From NCBI RefSeq assembly GCF_001194135.2, contig NC_068996.1, positions 51,335,442 through 51,399,441 of the forward strand: a stretch of DNA of 64,000 nucleotides, read 5' to 3'. The notes beneath the pieces are model-generated. The model was given only the letters and a program-made list of their open reading frames with translations, was not told the origin of the DNA and did no database searches. Below, in pieces: positions 24,470 to 37,310 of the stretch. The position numbers and the translations under genes are program-made. Each line of letters opens with the position of its first letter. The stretch's first letter is position 1. The DNA comes from Octopus bimaculoides. Its lineage: Eukaryota.

Positions 24470-24676
24470 CCTTTTAGTGTTCAGGTTACTCTGTCAAATG
24501 TAATGTTTTTTTTATTCAAATTGTTTTCAGTTAACCATGCATTATCTTATAGCTTTGAGGTTTCAATATTTTTAGAGTGTTAGTGTAGGATAGGTGTGAG
24601 AGATTAGATACAGCCAGTTTGAATGTAAAATATAAAGTATTTGAGTCAGATTTGGCCTGTTTAAATGCTAAAAAAT
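24470..24676. mobile_element. piggyBac-like MITE, degenerate copy
   Basis: TTAA|CCTTTTAG start; body homologous to 14530-14731. Confidence 0.6.
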
Positions 24677-24784
24677 TGAACAATGTCCTAGTTACATAGC
24701 ATCCTGGAAAAAACCTACAACTAATAAAGAAGTCTTACAATTAGCAAATACATTACTCTCAATTATCAAAAAAAAAAAAAAAAT

Positions 24785-25045
24785 GGAAGCTAAAGCAGAC
24801 TGGTTACACAGAAAGAACAAAAGCTATACAAAGACTATTACTAGAAGGAAAGATAAATGGTGAATGCTCAAGAGGCAGACTTAGAAGAAACTGGTTTGGT
24901 AGCACAAAGGACTGGACTAAACTATGATCTGGTGAATGTGTAAGAATGGCAGAGAAAAGAGCTGAATGGAGATCTTTGATATCCAGTCTGTTGAGAGTAG
25001 ATATGACACCTGCTACAGCTGATGATGATGATGATGATGATGATG
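24785..25045 (+). mobile_element. Old RTE-type LINE 3' fragment
   Basis: Degenerate translation resembling W.H.ER...LLLEGKINGECSRGR..RNW; (gat)n tail. Confidence 0.5.
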
Positions 25046-25407
25046 TCATACCAGGGAAATTGGCTGAATCATTAAGAGTGCTGAATAGAATATCTTGCAA
25101 GTGAATTTGGTAGAAGGAAACTGTAGCAGCCTGTAGTGTATATATCTATTATATATATATGTACACACACACAAACACAAAAGAGGGGATGATGAAAAGT
25201 TCCTTGCTTTGAGGGTATTGTGAAAGGCCTGGCTGGAAGCCCAACCTTCTGATTTTTTTTACTGGGTTTAGAAAAACTGAAGGACTGTTACAAACAAGTG
25301 TGTGAATCTGAGAGGGGAATATGTTCAATAAAATCATAATTAACTGATCCTCCTCTATTTTCTTTTACCTAAAGCCACATATACATATACATATACATAC
25401 ATATATA

Positions 25408-27377
25408 TCATCATCATCATTGTTTAACGTCTGCTTTCCATCCTGGCATGGGTTGGACGATTTGAGTGAGGACTGGCAAACCAGTTGGCTGCACCAGGCT
25501 CCAATCTCATCTGGCAGAGTTTCTACAGCTGGATGCCCTTCCTAGTGCCAACCACTCCGAGCTTTTACGAGCCACCAGCATGAGGGACAGTCAGGCAGTA
25601 CTGGCAACGGCCACACTCAAAATGGTGTTTTTTACGTGCCACGGGCACAGGAGCCAGTCCAGTGGCATTGGCAATGACCTCACTCAAATGCTTTTACACA
25701 TGCCACCAGCACAAGTGCCAGGAAGGTGATGCTGGTAATGATCACGCTCAAATGTTGCTTTTTACGTGCCACCAGCACGGAACCCAGACAGCTGCTCTGG
25801 CAATGATCATGCTCGGACAGTGCTGTTAGCACTCCACTGGCACGGGTGCCAGGCATCGAATTTGGTTTGATTTCAATTTCACTTGCCTCAACAGGTCTTT
25901 GCAAACAGAGTTTAGTGTTCAATGAAGGAAAGGTATGCATAAGTGGGCTGATTACACCCCTGGCTAAGGCCACGGGTTATGGTCTCACTTGGCTTGCCAG
26001 GTCTTCTCCCGCACAGTATATTTCCAAAGGTCTTGGTCACTAGTCATTGTCTTGGTGAGGCTTAATGTTCGAAGGTCGTGCTTCACCACCTCATCCCAGG
26101 TCTTCCTGGGCCTACCTCAACTGCTAGGGTGTGGCACGTTTTCACACAGCTATCCTCATCCATTCTCATTACATGACCATACCAGCACAATCGTCTCTCT
26201 TGCACACCATAATTGATGCTTCTTAGGATCAACTTTTCTCTCAAGGTACTTACACTCTGTCGAGTATGCACACTGACATTACACATCCATTGGAGCATAC
26301 TGGCTTCATTCCTTGCAAGCTTACGCATGTCCTCAGCAGTCACGGCCCATGTTTCACTGCCATGTAGCATGGCTTTTCGCACACATGCGTCATACAGTCT
26401 ACCTTTTACTCTGAGTGAGAGGCTCTTATCACCAGCAGAGGTAAGAGCTCTCTGAACTTTGCCCAGGTTATTCTTATCCTAGCGGCTACACTTTCAGCAC
26501 ACCCTCCCCCGCTACTGACTTGGTCCCCTAGGTAACGGAAGCTATCAACTACTTCTAGTTTTTCTCCCTGGAATGTGGCAGAAGTTGTTCTCTGCACATT
26601 TTCAGTGTTTATTGCTCCTGAGCATCTGCCACATACAAAAACTAACTTCCTAGTTAACCTCTTATGTGTCCATAGCTTGCACTGGGTGCATCTTATAGAG
26701 TTTCTACCTACGCCTTTTCTACAGATCAAGCAGGGCCATCTACCTGAAGAGGTTTGTGGTTTGTCTGCCTTCCTACTTATTAGGACTTTAGTTTTAGCTA
26801 GGTTGACTCTAAGGCCCTTCGATTCTAATCCTTGCTTCCACACCTGAAACTTTTCCTCTAATTNNNNNNNNNNNNNNNNNNNNNNNNNNNNNNNNNNNNN
26901 NNNNNNNNNNNNNNNNNNNNNNNNNNNNNNNNNNNNNNNNNNNNNNNNNNNNNNNNNNNNNNNNNNNNNNNNNNNNNNNNNNNNNNNNNNNNNNNNNNNN
27001 NNNNNNNNNNNNNNNNNNNNNNNNNNNNNNNNNNNNNNNNNNNNNNNNNNNNNNNNNNNNNNNNNNNNNNNNNNNATACGGGTGACTAGACTGTAGCCGA
27101 CACTGCCAGATATTTTGAGCATCTCTGCAGTGATTCCTGATGGGCTGGGGGCTTTCACTGTTTTCATACTCTTAATTGCTTTATCTACCCTGGTACTATC
27201 AACTCGGATAGCTGGTCCCTCTGTTGGATCGACATACGGCAGCCTCTCTTTCTCCCATTCATTCTCTTTATTGAGCAACCTTTCATAGTGGCATCTCCAG
27301 ACCTCTTTCTTTGCAGACTCATTTAGTGCAAGTGAACCATCATCCATGCGGACACATTTCTCTCTCTCTCTCTCTGT
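25408..27377 (-). mobile_element. 5'-truncated RTE LINE (RT with PHD-like insert, 3' UTR hairpin array, GAT tail); internal gap 26864-27075
   Basis: KAPSPSGITAEMLK, GLRVNLAKTKV, FRYLGD, WAKFRELLPLL, LHGSETW, RRLCWYGHVMRM; (tca)n tail at 25408. Confidence 0.92.
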
Positions 27378-27789
27378 NNNNNNNNNNNNNNNNNNNNNNN
27401 NNNNNNNNNNNNNNNNNNNNNNNNNNNNNNNNNNNNNNNNNNNNNNNNNNNNNNNNNNNNNNNNNNNNNNNNNNNNNNNNNNNNNNNNNNNNNNNNNNNN
27501 NNNNNNNNNNNNNNNNNNNNNNNNNNNNNNNNNNNNNNNNNNNNNNNNNNNNNNNNNNNNNNNNNNNNNNNNNNNNNNNNNNNNNNNNNNNNNNNNNNNN
27601 NNNNNNNNNNNNNNNNNNNNNNNNNNNNNNNNNNNNNNNNNNNNNNNNNNNNNNNNNNNNNNNNNNNNNNNNNNNNNNNNNNNNNNNNNNNNNNNNNNNN
27701 NNNNNNNNNNNNNNNNNNNNNNNNNNNNNNNNNNNNNNNNNNNNNNNNNNNNNNNNNNNNNNNNNNNNNNNNNNNNNNNNNNNNNNNNA

Positions 27790-27957
27790 TATATAGGGGA
27801 AGAATTCGCAAAAAAACAAAAGATGAAGACAGGTGATGTAGACAACAAACAGATGTATTAGTTTAATGCTCAGGAAGTGAAAAAGTTTTTAACGAGCCTA
27901 CTCTCTTCCACAGAAAGAAACAGGGAGAGAAAGAAAAAGAATGTGTAGTGGCTAGCG

Positions 27958-27960
<3 letters not shown>
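27790..27960 (-). mobile_element. Family H2 element, hammerhead region partly deleted
   Basis: Homologous to 7178-7350; abuts TA tract and gap. Confidence 0.6.
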
Positions 27961-27998
<38 letters not shown>

Positions 27999-28711
27999 AG
28001 GGAGTACTGAAAAGTTTCTGGCTTTAAAGGCATTGCAAAAGGCCTGGTTGAAGTTCTTCCAAGTTCTTTACAGAACTTAGAAAAACTGAAGGGCTGGTGC
28101 AATAAGTGTGTGAAGGGCTGTGAAGTGAGTGAACTGGAGCAACGTGGAATAAAGCTTTTTTTCTTGAAAACACAATGCATCTCTCAGTCCAGGAATTGAA
28201 CCTGCAATCTTGCAGTCATGAATGCCACACCCTAACTACTAGGTTATGCACTTCCACAATATATTGTATGCCAAGTAACGTCATCCATTTCATAAAGAGA
28301 AAGTGTTAGATTTTAAGGTAATTTTGGTGCTATTCTTATCACAACAGTTCCCAAGCTCAGAGTAATTACCCCAACTAGAGAAAAAATCTGCATTTGGCTG
28401 GAATGGTATCGGTAACACAGCAAGAAGAGCCCTGGTCTTGGATCTTAACTTGTTGATATGAGTTGAATCATTATGATTTATGCAAATAAAAAACACTAAG
28501 GCCCTCGCCATTTCTTATATCAATGACATTTTTTCACTCTTTTCCACATTGCACCAGAGATACAAGGAGCCAATAGGAAAAAAAAATGCAGAGCCATAAA
28601 TAGAGGTGGGCAGTTGACACTAATCAACCTTTATAATTAAATTTGTGTTAAAAATATGTATTTTGATATAAAACAAAATGGTCAGCTCAGTTCAGATTGG
28701 GTTATTCTTTT

Positions 28712-28933
28712 ACTCTTTTAGTCTTTTACTTGTTTCAGTCATTTGACTGCGACCATGCTGGAGCACCGCCTTTAGTCGAGCAAATCAACCCCAGGACTTA
28801 TTCTTTGTAAGCCTAGCACTTATTCTATCGGGCTCTTTTGCTGAACCGCTAAGTTACGGGAACGTAAACACAGCAGCATCGGTTGTCAAGCGATGTTGAG
28901 GGGACAAACACAGACACACAAACATATATACAC

Positions 28934-29004
<71 letters not shown>

Positions 29005-29150
29005 GCTTCTTTCAGTTTCCGTCTACCAAATCCACTCACAAGGCTTTGGTTGGCCCGAGGCTATTGTAGAAGACACTTGCCCAAGGTGTCATGCAGTGGG
29101 ACTGAACCCGGAACCATGTGGTTGGTAAGCAAGCTACTTGCCACACAGCC
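28712..29150 (-). mobile_element. Full-length SINE family A with internal (TA)n
   Basis: Head 28999-29148, TA tract about 28925-28998, tail 28712-28925. Confidence 0.88.
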
Positions 29151-29957
29151 CTTGATTGAATTTTATTAAATGCATTCTTTGTCATGCTGAATCAGGCTCA
29201 TATTTCTCCGACTGCAGCAGACCTTTAACCAGACTATTATTCCCACTGAGGAATGGTTAAACTTAAATAGGGTCATGTTTCTATAAGTGCAACGTTTTAA
29301 TATACATAGTCATTATAGACTCTATTTCACACATACACACACACATACACACACACAGATACATACATACATACATACATATATACATACATACATACAT
29401 ACATACATACACATATACAAACATACATATATATATATACACGTACACACAGACACAGATACACACAAACACACACACAGATACACACAAACACACACAC
29501 AGATACACACACATATGCACCCACTCATGCACGTGCACATTTAACAAATTTATTTCTAAAATTCAAACAGCTTGATATAATGACAATATTTTTTTTTTTT
29601 AAATGTCTAAATCCACACCATATGTATATCATTTACTCTCATGATTTTGAAAACTAAAAGAACAAAGTGACATTCCGACATTCATGTTTTTTTTTTTTAA
29701 GTATAGATTGACCCTGTGTAGTTTTCCAATGGTTATTGTCAACAAAGAAAAAAAAAATTAGATAAATGATGAAATTTGTATAAATAAATATTCTTTTCTA
29801 TTCTAGGCACAAGGCACAAAATTTTGGTGGGAGGAGGTCAGTCAATTAGATCAACCCCAGTATGCAACTAGTACTTACTTTATTGACCCCGAAAGGGTGA
29901 AAGGCAAAGTCGGCCTTGGCGGAATTTGAACTCAGAACGTAAAGACAGATGAAATAC

Positions 29958-30114
29958 TTTATTTACATTATTTACAATTGATGGATATTTGTCCTCATCT
30001 TGTTTGTTGTTAACACAACGTTTCGACTGATATACCCTCCAGTCTTCATCAGGTGTCTTGGGGAAATTTCGAACCTGGGTTCTCATTCCTAATGTATTTT
30101 TCAATGTTGTTATG

Positions 30115-30171
<57 letters not shown>

Positions 30172-30196
30172 GTTGTTGTTGTTGTTGTTATTGTTA

Positions 30197-30249
<53 letters not shown>

Positions 30250-30332
30250 CACCACGCCATATGCTCATGGGCATAGTGGTTAAGAGCACGGGCTACTAAC
30301 CCCAAGATTCCGAGTTCGATTCCAGGCAGTGA

Positions 30333-30368
<36 letters not shown>

Positions 30369-30555
30369 CAGTAACATCGAAAAATACCTTAGAAATGAGA
30401 ACACAGGTTTGAAACTTCTCCCAGACACCTGAATGCTGGAGGGTATATCAGCTGAAACGTTGTGTTAACAACAAACAAGATGAGGACAAATATCTGTCAA
30501 ATGTAAATAATGTAAATAATGTAAATAATGCCTCATCTCTTAAATATAGAACTGT
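29958..30555. mobile_element. tRNA-headed, hammerhead-containing Penelope-like non-autonomous element, head-to-head inverted dimer (family H1)
   Basis: Inverted arms about 29958-30110 and 30375-30530; (ATT)n/(AAT)n spacers; A/B boxes at 30274 and 30312; 11-bp TSD agatgaaatac (29947-29957) / agacaaaatac (30556-30566). Confidence 0.75.
30012..30057 (-). ncRNA. Minimal type I hammerhead ribozyme motif
   Basis: GACAC CUGAUGA A GACUG GAGGGUAUAU CAGUC GAAAC GUU GUGUU: canonical core, 5-bp stem II, 5-bp stem I, palindromic AACGUU stem III; activity untested. Confidence 0.75.
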
Positions 30556-31159
30556 AGACAAAATACTGCTAAGCATTTCACCTGACATGCTAACGTTTCT
30601 GCCAGCTCGCTGCCTTTGTATAAATAAATGTTGTGAAATTAAAATGCATTTTTAAAAATGTTTCCCAAATTTTTACTTTTAATATATTGTTCATTCAAAA
30701 AACAGAAAGAAAGCAGAACTGATAGTTGTTGCAAGGAGGGGTAGGGGCATGTGGGTGTGTGGGCGTGGGTGGATGTATGCGTGTGTGCATGTGTGTGTGT
30801 GTTTTGTGCGTCTGTGCTTGTCCCACACCACTACTTGAAAACCAGTGTTGGTGGGTTTACATCCTGGAAACTTAGCAGTTCAGCAAAAGAGAGTGATAGA
30901 ATAAGCACCAGGTTTAAGAAAACAATAATAATGATAATAAGTACTAGGGTTGATCCGTTTGATTAAAATTCTTTACAGCAGTGCTCCAGCATGGGCGCAA
31001 TCCAATGATTGAAACAAGCAAAAAGTAAAGATAATATTTATTTAACTTTGAAGTTGATGACTTATTTTGAAATGCCATATTGAGGGATTCAAGCATAGAT
31101 TTCAAATTTTAATGTAATTCAAATGATGACCTGAAAGATTATTTATATGTGATAAGAGG

Positions 31160-31965
<806 letters not shown>

Positions 31966-32415
31966 TTCATTTATTTNNNNNNNNNNNNNNNNNNNNNNNN
32001 NNNNNNNNNNNNNNNNNNNNNNNNNNNNNNNNNNNNNNNNNNNNNNNNNNNNNNNNNNNNNNNNNNNNNNNNNNNNNNNNNNNNNNNNNNNNNNNNNNNN
32101 NNNNNNNNNNNNNNNNNNNNNNNNNNNNNNNNNNNNNNNNNNNNNNNNNNNNNNNNNNNNNNNNNNNNNNNNNNNNNNNNNNNNNNNNNNNNNNNNNNNN
32201 NNNNNNNNNNNNNNNNNNNNNNNNNNNNNNNNNNNNNNNNNNNNNNNNNNNNNNNNNNNNNNNNNNNNNNNNNNNNNNNNNNNNNNNNNNNNNNNNNNNN
32301 NNNNNNNNNNNNNNNNNNNNNNNNNNNNNNNNNNNNNNNNNNNNNNNNNNNNNNNNNNNNNNNNNNNNNNNNNNNNNNNNNNNNNNNNNNNNNNNTGGAA
32401 ACTGTAAAGAAGCCT

Positions 32416-32461
<46 letters not shown>

Positions 32462-32959
32462 GACAGACAGACAGACAAACAGACATATAGAGAGACAGAC
32501 AGATATGTCTCTATATAAATATATATATGCGTGAGTGTGTGTGTCTTGACTGTGTTTGTCTCTCACACACACACATACTACTTGATACCTGGTGTTGGTT
32601 TATTTACGTCCCTGTAGCTTAGAGATATGGCAAAAGAGACCAATGGAATAAGTACCCAACTCAAAACAAAAAGAAGAAAACAAGACAAACTCTTTAAGGT
32701 GCTGCCCCAGCATGGCCTCAGTCCAATGACTAAAAGAATTATAAAACAAAAAATAAAAGACTATAGAGACAAACTAGTCCTCCAAAAGAGCAATGACCCT
32801 AACTCAAACACCTTACACCATTATTGTTTAGTAAATCCAAGAGGTTCTACATGGAATCTCCAGATATAGACATCAGATGAGAATTCTGCAATTTCTTGCT
32901 GAACACCATGCACAGGTGGTTGGCTTATAGTGATCAAATGTATTTGTTGTACATTTGCT

Positions 32960-33160
32960 CACTCCTTCCATCAAATTGATGTTACCTGTACAGGTACGCA
33001 GCATACCACACATCGGCTGTGAAAGAGATCGCAGAGCAACATGGAATGAAGTGTTTTACTCAAGAATACAAAGCACCACCCATTCTGGGAATGGAACTCA
33101 TAATCTTGCAATTGTGAGAGCAACATTTTAACCACTAGGCCACATGACCTCAGAAGGGCT
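32960..33160 (-). mobile_element. Degenerate tRNA-derived SINE (family C-like)
   Basis: gagcaacatggaatgaagtgttttactcaagaatac...gggaatggaactc...aaccactagg. Confidence 0.55.
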
Positions 33161-33504
33161 CTAAATGATCTACAGCTAAACAATAAACAATTATGATGGA
33201 ACCACATGCACACACACACACATGTATATCTCATGCACAGAATCATACTTTTCATGTGATTTCATCCATGCGCAAATAACCTCAACATCATGATTTAAAT
33301 GAAAACCAGGGCAATATGAAAATAATATAAAACAAAGAAGCAAGGTCACTCGACAGATGTTAAAATGGTTGGCTAATGTTGTTGTTGCTAAACAGTTTAC
33401 ATCATAAATGTCGCAGCCAAATATTTATTCAAAGCTTTATATTTAGAGAATAAAAATATAAAAATATGTGCGAATGAACCTGAATCAATGCATGTGTGTA
33501 TGTA

Positions 33505-33574
<70 letters not shown>

Positions 33575-33598
33575 NNNNNNNNNNNNNNNNNNNNNNNN

Positions 33599-33647
<49 letters not shown>

Positions 33648-33814
33648 TATATATATGTATATGCTCATACATACATGCATGCATGCGTACAAACATACAT
33701 GCATACATACATTCATACAAACATACATACATGCATGCATGCATGCATACATACATACAAACATACATACATACACACATACATACACACACACATACAT
33801 GTCTGGTGTTAGAT

Positions 33815-33935
33815 ACTGTCATTTGATGTTTAAGATCCTCCTAGAGCAAGCTTGATGGAATTTTTCCAAGACTTTGATGTGATGACAGGATGTAGTCTGA
33901 CTCTCAGGAGAATATAAAAGGGTAGTTAAGATGTG
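33815..33935 (-). mobile_element. RTE (BovB-type) LINE fragment
   Basis: ILTTLLYSPES.T...HIKVLEKFHQACSRRILNIK resembles RTE LLYGSETWT...LE.FHQRCLRRIL. Confidence 0.65.
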
Positions 33936-34024
33936 TGATTCATATATATATATATGTGCATGTGTGTGTGTGGGTATACATACAAACATACATACATATA
34001 TACACACACACACACATATTTATA

Positions 34025-35147
34025 TCATTATCACCATCACCGTTGTTTAATGTCCGCTTTCCATGCTGGCATGGGTTGGATGGTTCAACTGAGGGCTGGC
34101 GAGCCAGAAGGCTGTACCAGGCTCCAGTCTGATTTGGCAGAGTTTCTACAGCTGAATACCCTTCCTAACGCCAACCACTCCAAGAGTGTTTTTGTGCTTT
34201 TTACATGCCACCGGCACAAGGGCCAGTCAGGCAGTACTGGCATTGATCATCCTCAAAGGTGCTTTTCACGTGTCACAGTCACAGGAACCAGTTAGGTGGC
34301 ACTAGCAACGACCATGTTTGAATGATGTTTTTTACATGCCACCAGCACAGGAGCCAGTCAGGCGACACTGGCAACGATCAGGCTTGAATGGTGTTTCTTA
34401 CATGCCACCAGCATGGGAGCCAGTTAGGTGGCACTGGCAATGATCACACTCGATCGGTGCGTTAAACATGCTACTGGCACGGGTGCCAATTTGGCAGTAC
34501 TGTCATCAGCCATGACAATGATTTCACTCGCCACAAGAAGTCTTCGCAAGCGCAGTTTATTGCCCAATGATTGAAGGGTACTCTTAAATGGGCTGGTTAT
34601 ACTCCACTGGCATAGGCCATGGGTTATGGTCTCACTTGGCTTGCCAGGTCTTCTCAAGCACAGCATATCTCCAAAGGTCTCAGTCACTTGTCATTGCCTC
34701 GGTGAGGCCCAATGTTCGAAGGTCATGTTTCAACACTTCATCCCAGGTCTTCCTTGGCCTACCTCTTCCACAGGTTCCCTCAACTGCTAGGGTGTGATAC
34801 TTTTTCACACAGCTATCCTCATTCATTCTCGCCACATGACCATACCAGTGCAGTCGTCTCTCTTGCACACCACAACTGATGCTTCTTAGGTCCAACATTT
34901 CTCTCAAGGTACTTACACTCTGTCAAGTATGCACACTGACATTACACATCCATCGGAACATACTGGCTTCATTTCTTGTGAGCTTATGCATGTCCTCAGC
35001 AGTCACAGCCCATGTTTCACAGCCATGTTGCATGGCTGTTCATACACATGTGTTATACAGTCTGCCTTTTACTTTGAGTGAGAGGCCCTTTATCACCAGC
35101 AGAGGTAAGAGCTCTCTGAACTTTGCCCAGGCTATTCTTATTCTAGC
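34025..35147 (-). mobile_element. 5'-truncated RTE LINE
   Basis: VQERRLHWYGHVARMNEDSCVKK...GRGRPRKTW; 3' UTR repeat array; same family as 25408-27377. Confidence 0.9.
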
Positions 35148-35164
35148 ATATATTCTTATTGTAC

Positions 35165-35520
35165 ATAGGGGTGGTTGTGTGGTAAGAAGCTTGCTTCCCA
35201 GTCTTCAACAATAGCCTCAGGCCGACTAAAGCCTTGTGAGTGGATTTGGTAAACAGAAACTGTAAGAATCCTGTTATATATATATGTATATATGTATGTG
35301 TGCTATTTGTGTCTGTGTTTGACCCCACCACCACCATTGCTTGACAACCAATGTTGGTATGTTTACGTCCCTGTCAACTAGCAGTTCAGCAAAAAGAGAC
35401 CAATAGAATAAGTACTAGGCTTATAAAGAATAAGTCTTGGGGTCGATTTGTTCAACTAAAGGTGGTACTCCAGCATGGCCACAGTGAAAAGACTGAAACA
35501 AGTAAAAGAATAAAAGAATA
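35165..35520 (+). mobile_element. Full-length SINE family A
   Basis: Head, TA/TG linker and tail ending aaacaagtaaaagaataaaaga, followed by TA tract and gap. Confidence 0.82.
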
Positions 35521-35929
35521 TATATATATGTATATATNNNNNNNNNNNNNNNNNNNNNNNNNNNNNNNNNNNNNNNNNNNNNNNNNNNNNNNNNNNNNNN
35601 NNNNNNNNNNNNNNNNNNNNNNNNNNNNNNNNNNNNNNNNNNNNNNNNNNNNNNNNNNNNNNNNNNNNNNNNNNNNNNNNNNNNNNNNNNNNNNNNNNNN
35701 NNNNNNNNNNNNNNNNNNNNNNNNNNNNNNNNNNNNNNNNNNNNNNNNNNNNNNNNNNNNNNNNNNNNNNNNNNNNNNNNNNNNNNNNNNNNNNNNNNNN
35801 NNNNNNNNNNNNNNNNNNNNNNNNNNNNNNNNNNNNNNNNNNNNNNNNNNNNNNNNNNNNNNNNNNNNNNNNNNNNNNNNNNNNNNNNNNNNNNNNNNNN
35901 NNNNNNNNNNNNNNNNNNNNNNNNNNNNN

Positions 35930-35963
<34 letters not shown>

Positions 35964-36689
35964 CATACATACATACATACATACATACATACATACATAC
36001 ATACATACATACATACATACAATGAGCTTCTTTCAGTTTCCAGCATCTAGATCCATTCACAAGACTTTTGTCAACCTTGTCAATATTGTATTATACTAGC
36101 ATGTCTGTCTGAGAATCATTTTCACAGCAGGAACAAACCGATCAGACTTGTACAACATTACCATCAGAATTTGAATTTTGATTGTTAGGTTTATAAATCA
36201 TCAGTCAAGTGTTTATTTTGTTTATGATTAATGTGTGTTTTCTGCGTATATCTTTAGTTTTGTGCTGTACTATGAATGTTGCTTCCATCCATAATCAGCC
36301 AAAAGGCTTCTTTTATTAAAGGATTTCACCATTGATACTTTATATTTATGTGGACATTCAGTGTTTTATTGTACAAAGTGTATAGGTGAGTAAAGTATAA
36401 TTGAACAGATTCTTTTCTAGCTTGACTGGGTGTCTTGCCTTTCAACACACCAGATACTGATGAAAAGGCATAGGACTACTTCATAATTGCACAATATTTC
36501 AAAAGAACTTAATCTCTTTGATTGCTTGACAAAATCTCGTTTGGGAAGTAAGGCATGCTGTATTTCTTGTAATTTGTCTCATTTGAAAAGATTGGTAAGA
36601 TGTGAGATGTAAAGTGTTATGCAGTAAGTTTATTGGGGTGGTGTGTGAGGGGGCTGCATAGAAAAATCAAATGAAATCTTACAGCATAG

Positions 36690-37310
36690 ATGCAGACATG
36701 TCTATGTGGTTAGAAATTTGTTTCCCAATCACATGGATCCAGATTCAGTCCCACTGTGTGGCACTTGGGCTAAATGTCTTCTACTATAGCCCTGGGCTGA
36801 CCAAAGTCTTGTCAGTTGATTTGGTTGACAGAAACTGAAAGAAGCTCATTATATATATATATATACATGATGAGCTTCATTATATATATTTTCTATTTTC
36901 TTTCCCTGTTTATTTCTGTGTTCCTTTCTGTTGAAGAGCGTAGGCTCGAAACGTAAAAGACTTTCTCACTTCCTGAGAGTTAAACTAATACATCTGTTTG
37001 TTGTTTTTTTTTAATTCTCGCCATATGTATGTATGTATGTATGTATGTATATGTAAGTGTGTAGCGTGTGTGTATGTGTGTGTATGAGAGAGAGAGAGAA
37101 TGTCTGTATGTCCGTGCCCCACCATCTCTTGACAACTGATGTTGGTTTGTTTGCATCCCCATAACTTAGCAGTTCAGCAAAAGAGACCAATAGAATAAAT
37201 ACTAAGCTTTCTAAAAAATAAATACAGGGAATCAATTTATTTGACTAAAACTTTTCAAAGCAGTGCTCTAGCATGGCCATGGTTCAATGAGTGAAACAAG
37301 TAAAAGATCC
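36690..37310 (+). mobile_element. SINE family A interrupted at its internal TA tract by a family H2 element (36885-37020)
   Basis: Head 36690-36850, tail 37095-37310. Confidence 0.7.
36924..36959 (+). ncRNA. Hammerhead-like motif with variant core (family H2)
   Basis: CUUU CUGUUGA A GAGC GUAG GCUC GAAAC GUA AAAG: stems I and II pair and a GUA triplet is present, but core A6 is U. Confidence 0.55.

Larger units (their letters stand above)
29810..30615 (-). mobile_element. SINE family B interrupted by the hammerhead element
   Basis: ccccgaaagggtgaaaggcaaagtc...gaatttgaactcagaacgtaaagac resumes as ...aaatactgctaagcatttc...gccagctcgctgcc after 30555. Confidence 0.75.

Noticed and set aside
25560-25850. 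Palindromic repeat array resembling CRISPR
   Set aside because: Eukaryotic context, no unique spacers, no cas genes; it lies in an RTE 3' UTR
30266-30335. tRNA gene candidates (also about 12900, 18140, 31565)
   Set aside because: A/B boxes are present but there is no full cloverleaf or acceptor stem; these are SINE heads
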